Source of the DNA: Spirochaetia bacterium
GTDB lineage: Bacteria > Spirochaetota > Spirochaetia > DSM-16054 > Sediminispirochaetaceae
Length of the DNA stretch: 64,000 nt
Reading direction: 5' to 3'
Assembly: GCA_034520965.1 (NCBI GenBank)
Contig: JAXHMY010000007.1
Coordinates: forward strand, 96,001-160,000
Of the stretch, positions 19,155 to 29,200 are shown one piece after another. The position numbers and the translations under genes are program-made. A model generated the notes under the pieces. It had not been told where the DNA came from. It saw nothing but the letters and a program-made list of their open reading frames with translations, and did not search any database. Each line of letters begins with the position of its first letter. Positions within the stretch are counted from its first letter, which is position 1.

Positions 19155-21647
19155 ATGGAAAAGAGCATAGATGTGACAGTGGAGGCCTTGCGACGGGCTG
19201 TGGTGAGTTTTCTGGATGCCTATGGCGAGGCGTCTCTACTAGGGGCGGACTTTACTGCCCTGCTTGAAGGTCGGGGCGTCAAGGAAGGCAGTGTGACAGA
19301 GACCGGCGGGCAGCGGCTATCGGGACAGGCAAAATTCGAAAACCTGCTGCAGGCGGCCGGCGTACAAGAAAACGAAATTTTCCGGCAGGCAGCGGAACAA
19401 CTCGAAACCGCTAATCATCTGCAGGCCGGACCCCTTGAAGTTGGGGGCGTGGAGCTGCCGAAGCGCTTTCTGATGTCGATTTTGGAGGTGCTGCTGCCGG
19501 GGGAGGAGTTGGTTTCGGTGAGGGATGTGGGGCAGTTTGAAAGGCTGGCCAATGTCCGGATTCCAGCGGACGACCGGGAGGACCTTCAAAGGGTAATCGA
19601 TACCTATCCTGTACGGCTGTCAAAGCATGTAATCCGACAGGCACGGTTGTCCGGCAATATTGCCTATCAGTTTATGCCCTTTGTGGAGGAGCTGGATGAT
19701 GCGGGCCTGAAAAATACCTGGGTAGGCCAGTTTCACCGCGGGCTGATAGAACAGATGTATCAGAACCGACCGATCTTTGTTCTGCACATGAGTTGCCCGG
19801 TCTATTGCCGGTTTTGTTTCCGCAAGCATAAGGACACCCGCAATCAGACCGCCCCGACCGTGGAGGATGTGGATGAGGCGATCGAGTATATCCGCACCTC
19901 CCCGCGTATAAAGGAGATTGTACTTACCGGGGGCGAGCCGCTTCTGAACAAGCGGACCCTGACTCGGGCGGTGGAGGGTTTGAAGACGATTCCCCATATT
20001 CAGACCATCCGCATCGCCTCGCGCTGTATATCTTACTACCCCCACCTGTTTTATAAGGATGAGGCCTTCTGGCTCAACTATCTCATGGACACCAACCGTG
20101 AACTGCAGGGGATGGATAAGCGGATCGAAATTGCAACCCACTTTATTCACCCCGATGAGGTATCGCCGCAGAGCCTCGAAATTATCTCCTCCCTGGTGAA
20201 GGCGGGGGTAGAGGTATATACCCAGACACCCTTTCTGAACAACTGCAATGACCAGGGCCCGGAACTTACACAGCTCTATCGGGAGCTGCGGGGGGCCGGA
20301 TCGGAGCTGCACTATATCTACATTCCCGCCAGCCCGATTCAGGGCAACAGCGTCTACTGGACTCCCCTGTCGAAGGGGCACCGCGCCTTTTACCACCTGC
20401 GGGGACACCTCTCCGACCGGGCTATTCCAATACTGTGCACCGCCACCCGCATTGGGAAAATTGATTGGAATGCCAGCGGCTGGGCGGTGGAGCAGAGCCG
20501 GGAGAACCCTGAAAATGTGTGGATCCGCACCCCTTACAACGCCGACTACTACCGGGAGTTTGTACCGGACTTCAATTTTGAAGGGGCCCGGGAGAATGCC
20601 GGCGGGACCATCGATGTTGAGTTTATGGCGAAGATTGGGGAGGATCGGCTATTTCTGGGCAGTTTTGACGGCCGGCCGGCTTTTGAGCGGGAGTTTGATG
20701 CGGAAAAGCTGCGGAGGGTTCAAGACGACCTGGTTGAGATGCGCCGACTTGATGAGGGAGTAGTGCTGACCGGAGTTGAGTCGGTCTTTCGCTCCCACCT
20801 TACCCGGGTGGATGTAGATATCGCCGCAGCAGCCGGAAGCGAGGCGGAATTTGCCGCCGCCCTGGACTATATTCGGCGCGAGCCGGACATTAGCGATGTG
20901 GTACTGTCGGCCAACGTTTCAATTCTCACCCTGCTGGATGAGATCCGCCGCTTTGCTGAAGGAATACATGCAATCCCTCATGTGAATGCCCTGCGGCTGC
21001 GCAGTACAACCTTTACCTATGAGCCGCAGCTGTATACCGACGAGGTGATAACTCAGCTGGCGGATCTACAGAAGCTGACGGCGGTAAATCCGACCAGGAT
21101 AGAAATTGAGGCCCAGTTTATTCACTCCTCCGAGTTCAGACTGGAACACCGGGCGGTTATTTCTAAGTTCCTGGCCCGGGGAATTACCGTGTACAACAAC
21201 ATAATACTTCTAGCCGGTATAAACGACAATGTCGAGGAGATGAAAAAAATCTGCTACAACTGCCGGCAGATCGGTATCGAGCTTTTTCAGCTGTATGTGG
21301 CGGGATTGCCGGTGCAGCAGCGCTACAACGCCGAGCTGCCGATCGATGCAAGCACGGTAATAAACATTGCCACTCACTTGCGGCGCCACCAGAGCGGGCG
21401 GGAGATCCCTCTGTATGTGGTACGGACTCCCTTAGGAGAGGTAGACTTTAACCTGAGCGGCATCATCACCGGCAGCGAAGAGGGCCGGGTGTTCATGAAA
21501 CTGCTTCCCTATTCCCTGGAGTACTTTCAGGGAATAGACCGGAATTTTCGCCTCCCCGAAGAGATACAGGTGAAGGAAGGGTCTCTTATTGCGCCGGTGT
21601 CGGGGCTGACGGTGCAGAGCAACCACTCCTACTTTATCCGCCCCTAG
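19155..21647 (+). CDS. KamA-family radical SAM protein with duplicated domain
   Basis: CPVYCRFCFRK, IVLTGGEPL, THFIHPDE; second half repeats the fold without CxxxCxxC. Confidence 0.85.
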   Translation: MEKSIDVTVEALRRAVVSFLDAYGEASLLGADFTALLEGRGVKEGSVTETGGQRLSGQAKFENLLQAAGVQENEIFRQAAEQLETANHLQAGPLEVGGVELPKRFLMSILEVLLPGEELVSVRDVGQFERLANVRIPADDREDLQRVIDTYPVRLSKHVIRQARLSGNIAYQFMPFVEELDDAGLKNTWVGQFHRGLIEQMYQNRPIFVLHMSCPVYCRFCFRKHKDTRNQTAPTVEDVDEAIEYIRTSPRIKEIVLTGGEPLLNKRTLTRAVEGLKTIPHIQTIRIASRCISYYPHLFYKDEAFWLNYLMDTNRELQGMDKRIEIATHFIHPDEVSPQSLEIISSLVKAGVEVYTQTPFLNNCNDQGPELTQLYRELRGAGSELHYIYIPASPIQGNSVYWTPLSKGHRAFYHLRGHLSDRAIPILCTATRIGKIDWNASGWAVEQSRENPENVWIRTPYNADYYREFVPDFNFEGARENAGGTIDVEFMAKIGEDRLFLGSFDGRPAFEREFDAEKLRRVQDDLVEMRRLDEGVVLTGVESVFRSHLTRVDVDIAAAAGSEAEFAAALDYIRREPDISDVVLSANVSILTLLDEIRRFAEGIHAIPHVNALRLRSTTFTYEPQLYTDEVITQLADLQKLTAVNPTRIEIEAQFIHSSEFRLEHRAVISKFLARGITVYNNIILLAGINDNVEEMKKICYNCRQIGIELFQLYVAGLPVQQRYNAELPIDASTVINIATHLRRHQSGREIPLYVVRTPLGEVDFNLSGIITGSEEGRVFMKLLPYSLEYFQGIDRNFRLPEEIQVKEGSLIAPVSGLTVQSNHSYFIRP

Positions 21648-21687
21648 GATCATAGCGGGAACGGGGCTAAGGGGTGGGGCCGGCGGC

Positions 21688-22371
21688 TTAAGACAGGGTC
21701 TGCAGTTTAAGGACTAAGTTGGGGTCCGGGCAGAGCTTCAAGAACTCTTCCCGGTCCTCCGGGGCGCAGACCCCGGGGAAATCTCCGCTGCGTCCGCCTA
21801 GGTCTTCAATTACTTCAAAGTGGAGGTGGGGCGGCCAGTTGCCGTTTACGGTGCTGTCGCCTACATCGGCTATTTTCTGTCCTGCGGTAACGGCCTGTCC
21901 CGGTGTCGGCCAGGACAGGGATTCACGGGACAGGTGCCCGTACAGCGTGTAAAACTGCAGCCCCTCTAAAGTGTGCGAAAGGATAATAGTGGGCCCGTAG
22001 TCGCCGATTCCCCGGTTCTCCTGAAAGCTGTGCACATGTCCGTCATAGGGGGTCAGCACCGGAGTTCCGGCCTCGACCCAGAGGTCGATGCCCAGGTGGA
22101 AGGACCTTACTTTCCCCTGGGCAAACAGACCGCTGTGGCGATAGATGCTGCGGTCCTCTTTATAGCCCCCGAGGCCGATCCGGCTGCCGGCCTGTCGCAT
22201 TTTTCCAAACACGTAAGCGGTAAATTTGGCGGTATCCGCCGGATCGATTCCCTGCAGTTCGGGGTTATCCTCGGTAAAATCGAAGAGGACACACTCCTCT
22301 TGGTCCGGATCGAAGGGGAGGACATGCGCTTTGGCTTGGCGGCGTAACAGCTGTTCCAGTTTTTTGCTCAT
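21688..22371 (-). CDS. M23 family metalloendopeptidase
   Basis: HLGIDL, YTLYGHL, PHLHFE; start reassigned to MSKKLEQ. Confidence 0.9.
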   Translation of the reverse strand: MSKKLEQLLRRQAKAHVLPFDPDQEECVLFDFTEDNPELQGIDPADTAKFTAYVFGKMRQAGSRIGLGGYKEDRSIYRHSGLFAQGKVRSFHLGIDLWVEAGTPVLTPYDGHVHSFQENRGIGDYGPTIILSHTLEGLQFYTLYGHLSRESLSWPTPGQAVTAGQKIADVGDSTVNGNWPPHLHFEVIEDLGGRSGDFPGVCAPEDREEFLKLCPDPNLVLKLQTLS

Positions 22372-22402
22372 GGGCTGATAATAGGACAGCAGGGCGAGTG
22401 AG

Positions 22403-23482
22403 TCAACGTTTAACCCGGGCGTTGCCCTCAAAGATGCTCCACACCTGCTCTTCGTCGGCGGGCTGGCCGTAGTCGGTTTCGAAGGTGGTTGCCAGGGCTC
22501 CGGTTGCCCAGCCGAACTGGGCCCATTTTTCCGGCTCCCAGCCGCGGAGCACTCCGTAGAGCAGGCCTCCGACAAAACCGTCGCCCCCGCCGATGCGGTC
22601 CAGCACGTCGATCTCGCGCGGTTCGATGACATGCCACTGGTCCTCGGCGAACATGATTGCTCCCCAGAAATGGCGGTTTGCACTGACCACCTGCCGCAGG
22701 GTGGTGGCAAAGACCGACGCGTTGGGGTACTCTTTTTTGACCCGCTCTATCATTCCCTTAAAGCCGTCGATCTTTGCGGCGATGTCCTTACCCCCGGACT
22801 CCGGCCCCTGGATACCCAGGGTAAGCTGAAAATCCTCTTCATTCCCGACTAAAATGTCCGCCAGTCCGGCAATTTCGCTGAAAATCTCACGCAGTTCCTG
22901 TTCGCGGCCTTCCCAGAAGGAGGCACGATAGTTTAGGTCGAAGGAGACGCGGGTTCCGTGTTCCTTTGCCGCCCGGGCCAGTTCAAGACAAAAACGGCCG
23001 GTTTCCGGGGACAGTGCCCCCACCAGGCCGGAGATATGGATAATCTGTACGCCCTCTTGGCCGAATATCCGCTCCAGGTCGAAGTCCTTTACATTCAGGG
23101 TACGTCCGACTTCACCGGCGCGGTCGTTGAACACCCGCGGGCCCCGGGCGCCGAAACCGCCGTCGGCTATGTTGATCTGATGCCGGTAGCCCCACGGGCC
23201 GCCCTGTTCTACCTCTTTGCCTTCAAAATCCATGTGGCGCTGCTGGAGGTTGTCCTTGATCATCCGGGCGATCGGGCTGTCCTTTACAAAGGTGGTGAGA
23301 ATTTTCACGGGGAGCCCCAGAAAGGAGGAAACACTGCCGACATTCGACTCGGCGCTGGTAACCTGCATTTTGAACATGTCGCTCGAATGAACGGGCTGAC
23401 GGTTCTGCGGGGTAATTCTTATGCCCATGCTGGTGGGAATAACTAGGGAATAACGATAATCTTTTTTCAGTGAAATACTCAT
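22403..23482 (-). CDS. PfkB-family sugar kinase, 2-keto-3-deoxygluconate kinase-like
   Basis: SFDLNYRASFW, GNEEDF, DRIGGGDGFVGG. Confidence 0.88.
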   Translation of the reverse strand: MSISLKKDYRYSLVIPTSMGIRITPQNRQPVHSSDMFKMQVTSAESNVGSVSSFLGLPVKILTTFVKDSPIARMIKDNLQQRHMDFEGKEVEQGGPWGYRHQINIADGGFGARGPRVFNDRAGEVGRTLNVKDFDLERIFGQEGVQIIHISGLVGALSPETGRFCLELARAAKEHGTRVSFDLNYRASFWEGREQELREIFSEIAGLADILVGNEEDFQLTLGIQGPESGGKDIAAKIDGFKGMIERVKKEYPNASVFATTLRQVVSANRHFWGAIMFAEDQWHVIEPREIDVLDRIGGGDGFVGGLLYGVLRGWEPEKWAQFGWATGALATTFETDYGQPADEEQVWSIFEGNARVKR

Positions 23483-23582
23483 AACTTACACTCCAATTTC
23501 ATGGTTTCGTTTAACTTCGAATAACAAAAGTATTACATAGTTATAGTAGCATAGCTTGCTTTTAGAGTATAGATCAAAGTGG

Positions 23583-23610
23583 AAAAAAACGGCCGCCCCG
23601 CAGGGCGACC
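23583..23610 (-). terminator. Intrinsic terminator
   Basis: Minus strand GGTCGCCC-TGCG-GGGCGGCC then GTTTTTTT, downstream of the Ig-like lipoprotein. Confidence 0.75.
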
Positions 23611-23646
23611 TATTAGATTGGGGGAAAAATGAAGACAAATTAAAGA

Positions 23647-25578
23647 TCAATAAATCTCGACTTCATATACCTGAAAGTGCGTCAACGAGTTGGCGTTACT
23701 CCCGCTGAGCAGGTAAATATAAGTGCCGTCAAAATAAATATCGTGCACTTCGCCGGAAACATCCGGAATTTGCGCCGATACCAGGATCTGGTTGCTGGAA
23801 GAACGGAGGTCAACGAAACCGATACCGCTGCCCCCGCGGGCTACCGCGGCGTACTGGTCCCAGACCGACACATCCTCTACGCCGGAGATGTTAACTGAAC
23901 GATCATAAGTGATATCGCTTGGAACGGTGACATCATAGATCACTATACCATTGGTACCGCTGTTGCCGATAACCATATATTCACCGTCGTACTGATCGAT
24001 GGAGGTGATATCGGCGCCGTTAGATAGATCTGAGTCTAAAGATTGAGTGTCCGCCAATGTTGCACCGCCCTGGGAAAAGTCGGTGGTGTCATAGGCCTGC
24101 AGTGTGTTGAGGGGTTCATTGTCGTAATATACTGAGCCTATATAAGTGTAACCGCCCATAGTTTCCATTACCTTGGCGCTATTAAGGTACCAATTATCGT
24201 AATAAATAGTGCCGGACCCCAAATTACTGCGGAATACCCCGATAAGGTCGTTTGAATACACCTTCACAAGCTGCCCGTTGCCGCTGTGGGCGATCAGCCC
24301 TGTATTGGTATAATTACTGGATTCATAGTCTACGTCTGAAAAATCATTGATATTTACTTTACGAATCGGATCTGATCCATGGCCGATGTACACATATGAG
24401 CCGTCGGATAGGATGGTTTCGGGATCAGTGCGGATGTCGTAGTTTTCGGTTATGGCGATGTTGTTTATATTGTTCAGATTGATTCGGTACAGTCGTCCGT
24501 ATGTCTTCCCGCTGAGGTTGCGGCTGATGACAAAGGCTTGGTCGCCTTCCACCACGAAATCTTCAAAATAGGGGTTTGTAGAGGAAACTGAATCGAGAAA
24601 GGTGATGTTCACCTCTTTGTACTTGGTGGTGAAGCTGCTGGAGAATGTTGCGGCGAGGGAATTTCCGGCCAGGTCCTCTACACCGGTAGAAACTTCCACC
24701 GTGTAGGATTCGTTGTTGTAGTCGAGGTTTCCGGAAAGTGTGAGTGTAGCAACCCTGGTGGTCGAATTGTAGCTTACGCTGGTGCCTCCGAGGTTGGAGC
24801 CGGAAGTGCGGCTGATACGGAGGGTAGAGGTAGTTACAGTTGCGGCGTTTACCGGCTCGTTGAACTGGATCTGTACGTTCGTATCTACGTCCACTCCACT
24901 GGCTCCGTTAGAGGGGGTGGCAGAAGAGACCTGCGGCGGGTCGACATCGAGAATGATGCTGTCGGAGTAGCGGGGTGAAACCGTACCGGTGTCGTCCTTG
25001 AACCAGGCATATACTGTTTTCGCACCGCTGCTGCTGGTAAGAGTCCAGGCGCTGCTGGTGGAGTAGTCCTGCCAAAAGTCATCGGCGTAAGTGCCGGAGT
25101 TGGAGATGCGCATGTCGGTAATGGTATTGCCGTTTTCGGCGTACAGTTCGAGGGAGACTGAAGGGGTGGTGCTGTATTGGGCGCCGCCGTTGATTTCGAT
25201 TGAACCGACGCTGTCGGCAATCACCGGGCGTATAGTGGCATCTCCACCGCTGACGGTCACTTCAACCGTAGCAGAATTGGCGTCACTGAAGCTAACTGTT
25301 CCCTGGCTTGAAGAAGTATCAACCTCCCATTCGATGAAGAAGTAGCCATTCTCGGGAAAGACTTTGATAGTTTCAGGATATCCCTCTTTTACATTGAAAG
25401 TGCCCTTGGGAGAGACCTCGGCATTAGTCGCATCTTCCACATTCAGAGTAAAGGAGAGGGCTTTGGCGTATTTTACCTCTTCCCGCACTACCTCAGAGAG
25501 GGGATTCTGACAACTTATGAGCGCCACGCTCAGAAAAACTAGTAAAAGTGTCGCCCTTGTGTTCTTGCTTGGATTCAT
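23647..25578 (-). CDS. Surface lipoprotein with bacterial Ig-like domains and C-terminal beta-propeller (LVIVD-like)
   Basis: Lipobox LISC; DPPQVSSATPSNGA...FNEPV...VEDLAGN Big_5-like domain; GIVIYDV/GIGFVDL repeats. Confidence 0.75.
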   Translation of the reverse strand: MNPSKNTRATLLLVFLSVALISCQNPLSEVVREEVKYAKALSFTLNVEDATNAEVSPKGTFNVKEGYPETIKVFPENGYFFIEWEVDTSSSQGTVSFSDANSATVEVTVSGGDATIRPVIADSVGSIEINGGAQYSTTPSVSLELYAENGNTITDMRISNSGTYADDFWQDYSTSSAWTLTSSSGAKTVYAWFKDDTGTVSPRYSDSIILDVDPPQVSSATPSNGASGVDVDTNVQIQFNEPVNAATVTTSTLRISRTSGSNLGGTSVSYNSTTRVATLTLSGNLDYNNESYTVEVSTGVEDLAGNSLAATFSSSFTTKYKEVNITFLDSVSSTNPYFEDFVVEGDQAFVISRNLSGKTYGRLYRINLNNINNIAITENYDIRTDPETILSDGSYVYIGHGSDPIRKVNINDFSDVDYESSNYTNTGLIAHSGNGQLVKVYSNDLIGVFRSNLGSGTIYYDNWYLNSAKVMETMGGYTYIGSVYYDNEPLNTLQAYDTTDFSQGGATLADTQSLDSDLSNGADITSIDQYDGEYMVIGNSGTNGIVIYDVTVPSDITYDRSVNISGVEDVSVWDQYAAVARGGSGIGFVDLRSSSNQILVSAQIPDVSGEVHDIYFDGTYIYLLSGSNANSLTHFQVYEVEIY

Positions 25579-27674
25579 TCTTCTTCTGTCCATACCATGT
25601 CCCTCCTTTTGTCGGCCGAGCTGGCCCGGCCGGCTGACTGCGAATTGGTGTCGAGGTAGGCAAAGCGATTCGCCAGGTTCTCGTCCTGGGCGGCCGCCTG
25701 CTGGTAGTACTGCCCAGCGATTGATCCGTTTTCGAGCTCGTAGTGGACCTTTGCCAGAGAAATGAGCACGCCCTTGTGGGCCGGCTCCATTAGGTAGGCT
25801 TGGGTAAACAGCTCGAGTGCCTTACTGTAGTCCTCTTCTAAAAAAGCAATATTGCCGAGGTTTACATAGGCCGGAAAATATTTGTTAGTCATTTCCATTA
25901 TTTTGCGGAATTCACGCTCGGCCTCCGCATAGCGTCCGTAGCGTGCATATATGCTGCCGATTTTGTTGAGTGCCGCCGGTGAGGCCTGTCCGTTATATCG
26001 GGCAGCAATCTTACTCCTCCACTGCTCTATTTCGAGGTCGACAATCTTGAGGCTGCTGCGTTCTATGCGGTTTGCAGTTGCGGTTTCAGTTGGAAAGCTA
26101 ATCTCGGAGCCGGTAGTTTCACTGCGGGTAAATCCGACAGGCTGGTAAACCTTCCAGGCATTGGAAACTTCAACAAAAACCGCCTGATCTTGGGGCTGGT
26201 ATTTCCTCCATTCGGATGCACCGTAATCCCAGGCGGAAGTAAAAGATTCACCGACCATGGTAATTTCCACCGGCAGCCAGACCCTCTGATCGTGCACTAT
26301 GAGCGAATCGGGTTTGGAGAAGGTACGCAGGGCTTCCTGCGGGATGATCCCGAGGTCAAAGGCCACATAGATGTGGCCAGGCACGGTAATAAAGGCCGAT
26401 GAGATTCCTAAAGATTCCAATAGGGCGGCATACAAAATAGACAAATCGTCGCAGTCCCCCGACTTGTACTGAATGGTTTGCCGGGGAAACTGCAGATAGT
26501 CAATCGCACTTTTGTTTTCATAGAACTCTTCATACGGAGTTTGCGGGTCGATGACATAAGAGAGCCCGTATTCTCCGAGCACCTCATACAGTGCTAATGC
26601 TTTGACGAAGTTGTCATTGATCACTTCCAGCCCTTTCCGACGGGTGGTTCCTGCTGCCAGCCGTGACAATTGAAGGACCATTGGATCTTTGGCCGATACG
26701 AAGGCGGCTGCTTTGCGGTCATCATCCCAGGTCATGCCGTTGCGGTTGATAATGTTGATGGTTTTTGAGAGGCCGGCGGTTTTCTCGACTCCGCGGTAAG
26801 TGTACTTTACCTGGATCTCTCCCGAAACGGCAGTTTCCTCAACAACCGAAAGGATATCGTCACGAAAGAGGGCATAGAGCGGAATTTCGGTGCTTTCACC
26901 GCGCTTCAGCACTTCGACCTCTGAACTGAGCTTAGAGCGTTCCATGAACTGGTCTACAAAGAAGGAGACCCGCACGTTTTTGATTTCTCCGGGTTCATCG
27001 TTTTTTATTGTTACAGTGCCAAGGTTATTGGCATCGTAGTAGCTGTAGAATACCGGGAAAACCGGTCGAATTTGCGAGTCTTCGAACCTGAGACGAACCG
27101 GGCCGGCTTTCCGGCTGCCGAACTCCCAGGTAATGCCGATGCCGCTGTGAAGGCCTTCGAACACTCCCGGTTCATAACGATACCCGGCCGATACTGCAAC
27201 CTTGAATCCGGGGGAGAGAGCTGTTTCGGTGCGCAAGCCACCGGTTACAATACTACCGCTTCCTGTGGCTGTATCGCCATCAAAGGTCTCTATAAAGCCG
27301 TAGGAGTAACCTCCGCGGGCGAACAAAGAGAGGTCGAGCCAGGGCGCGACCGGGAGTTTGAGCCCGCCGCCGCCCGAAAGGGATACGTTAGTCAGAGCCT
27401 TTTGGGCGCTGGTCTGGCTGTAAAGATTTGTTAGTGATGTTTCCAGGAAGAAAGGTGCCAGGCCGGGAGAAGAGTAGTGCAGTGCCACTTCTCCACCGGC
27501 GGCCATTGAATAGAGCTCCTGATATTCACCGGTTGGATAAGAAGCTAAAGGAGTGATGCTTAGGCCGACGGAATTCTGATTTTGGGCATGAATGTTTAGA
27601 ATGGACCATTGACCGAAACCCAGCAATAAAATAAATACTACAGCGAATCTAAAAAACCTGGTGTTTTTAAGCAT
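25575..27674 (-). CDS. Exported protein: beta-rich N-terminus, transglutaminase-like domain, TPR repeats
   Basis: GDCDDLSILYAALLESLGI...PGHIY..PVE; AYVNLGNIAF TPR motifs. Confidence 0.8.
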   Translation of the reverse strand: MLKNTRFFRFAVVFILLLGFGQWSILNIHAQNQNSVGLSITPLASYPTGEYQELYSMAAGGEVALHYSSPGLAPFFLETSLTNLYSQTSAQKALTNVSLSGGGGLKLPVAPWLDLSLFARGGYSYGFIETFDGDTATGSGSIVTGGLRTETALSPGFKVAVSAGYRYEPGVFEGLHSGIGITWEFGSRKAGPVRLRFEDSQIRPVFPVFYSYYDANNLGTVTIKNDEPGEIKNVRVSFFVDQFMERSKLSSEVEVLKRGESTEIPLYALFRDDILSVVEETAVSGEIQVKYTYRGVEKTAGLSKTINIINRNGMTWDDDRKAAAFVSAKDPMVLQLSRLAAGTTRRKGLEVINDNFVKALALYEVLGEYGLSYVIDPQTPYEEFYENKSAIDYLQFPRQTIQYKSGDCDDLSILYAALLESLGISSAFITVPGHIYVAFDLGIIPQEALRTFSKPDSLIVHDQRVWLPVEITMVGESFTSAWDYGASEWRKYQPQDQAVFVEVSNAWKVYQPVGFTRSETTGSEISFPTETATANRIERSSLKIVDLEIEQWRSKIAARYNGQASPAALNKIGSIYARYGRYAEAEREFRKIMEMTNKYFPAYVNLGNIAFLEEDYSKALELFTQAYLMEPAHKGVLISLAKVHYELENGSIAGQYYQQAAAQDENLANRFAYLDTNSQSAGRASSADKRRDMVWTEEE

Positions 27675-27910
27675 ACTGTTCCCCTTTCTGAGACAAATAA
27701 AACATTACATAATTACTAATCTATAGCATCGGCAACTTGAAATCAAATTATATGATAAAAAAAGTCATGTTTTTACATGCAGAGAAGGGTGGCAGTTGTG
27801 TATGAGAAGGAGAAAATGAAAAGCTGCCCTGTGCTCTCTGTCTCTTCTTGAAAATAAAAGTTTTGGATTGACGGGCTGAAGCTGTTATACTCCATAGAAA
27901 GGAGTTATAT

Positions 27911-28102
27911 ATGCTTAGATTTATTGTAGGAATTATATTCGGAGTTTTAGCGGTAATTTTTATCCTGCAGAACGTGCAGGTAGTTGAGTTCAGCTTTCTG
28001 ATGTGGACCATATCTATGTCAAGGTCGGTACTGTTCGCACTGATGCTGGGGGTCGGGTTCGTACTGGGCTGGGGGGGTCGGCAGCTAGGTATGCTCGGCT
28101 GA
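27911..28102 (+). CDS. LapA (DUF1049) family small membrane protein
   Basis: IFILQNVQVVEFSFLMW motif; AGGAG RBS. Confidence 0.75.
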   Translation: MLRFIVGIIFGVLAVIFILQNVQVVEFSFLMWTISMSRSVLFALMLGVGFVLGWGGRQLGMLG

Positions 28103-28232
28103 CCCCACGCCGACCCGGTGCTTATCGCGGTGCCGCGGAGTGGGGGCGGCGGCGGCGCGAGCAGGGCAGTGCTAGAACCCGGGCTGGGTGGCCGTTGCGA
28201 TGAGGTTTTAAAAGTCTATGATGGAGAGTTAA

Positions 28233-29174
28233 ATGGCCGATCGGATTGAGACCTGTCTGGCCTGCGGTTTGGAGGAGCTGCAGACGTGGGCTTTTTTGCC
28301 GGCACAGATGCATACGACCCATGAGGAGTTTGAGTTTCAGCGGTGCGGGAATTGCGGGCTGGTGCAGCTGAATCCGCGGGTGAGCCCGGAGGAACTGGGC
28401 CGGTACTACAGCCAGTATTATCTGCCCTTTCGGGGGCCGGAGGCGTGGGGAAAATATGCGCATCTGGTGGCGATGAATCTGCGGAAGACCGATCGGAAGC
28501 GGGCTGCACTGGCGCGGAGAGCTGTTTCGAGGCAGCACCCGGGGACGGCCGGACGGGTGCTGGATGTGGGTTGTGGGAAACCGACATTTTTGGAGCTGCT
28601 GCAGTCGCAGACCGGATGGTACGCCAAGGGAATCGACTTTAGCGACGAGGGGTGGCGCAGCGAGTCTACGCGGTTTGCGGGGCTGGACCTGGAAGTGGCG
28701 GAGTTCAAGCATTTTGAGGCTGATACAGCCTTTGATTTAATAACTATGTGGCATTATCTGGAGCACGATTACCACCCCCATGAAACGCTGCGCCGGATGA
28801 AGGCAGTTGCCCACAGTGATACGCGCTTGCTTATTGAAGTGCCCAATTTTGCTTCGTGGACCCGAACGGTGCAGGGGCGTTACTGGGAGGGGTTTCATAC
28901 TCCCCGGCATACGGCTGTGTATTCACCGGCAACGCTGCAGAGGCTGCTGGAGCGCAGCGGCTGGCGGGTTGAGCAGCTGCGGCGCTATGGTACTCTCGAT
29001 GCGTACCCCCTGTTCTGGATGGGCCTGCAGGAACGAGGCGGGATAGACTGGAGCACCTCGATGGAGGGGAAGTTTATCGGATTCATGGCGGGGATGCTGC
29101 TGACCGCACCCCTGTTTCTGTTAAAACGCTGGCTGCCGGCGGGGGTTATGACCGTGGTTGCCAGGCCGGAATAG
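28233..29174 (+). CDS. Class I SAM-dependent methyltransferase with N-terminal Zn ribbon
   Basis: CLAC/CGNC; VLDVGCG; FDLITMWHYLEH; IEVPN. Confidence 0.9.
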   Translation: MADRIETCLACGLEELQTWAFLPAQMHTTHEEFEFQRCGNCGLVQLNPRVSPEELGRYYSQYYLPFRGPEAWGKYAHLVAMNLRKTDRKRAALARRAVSRQHPGTAGRVLDVGCGKPTFLELLQSQTGWYAKGIDFSDEGWRSESTRFAGLDLEVAEFKHFEADTAFDLITMWHYLEHDYHPHETLRRMKAVAHSDTRLLIEVPNFASWTRTVQGRYWEGFHTPRHTAVYSPATLQRLLERSGWRVEQLRRYGTLDAYPLFWMGLQERGGIDWSTSMEGKFIGFMAGMLLTAPLFLLKRWLPAGVMTVVARPE

Positions 29175-29200
29175 AGCCGGCGGGGGTATTACCGTGGTGG

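Noticed and set aside
21688..22710. 340-aa version of the M23 peptidase
   Set aside because: The extension overlaps the sugar kinase gene out of frame; the plausible start is 22371.
27898..27913. AAAGGAGTTATATATG resembling the boundary motif
   Set aside because: It is the RBS and start codon of the lapA-like gene and lacks AAACT and GGAT.
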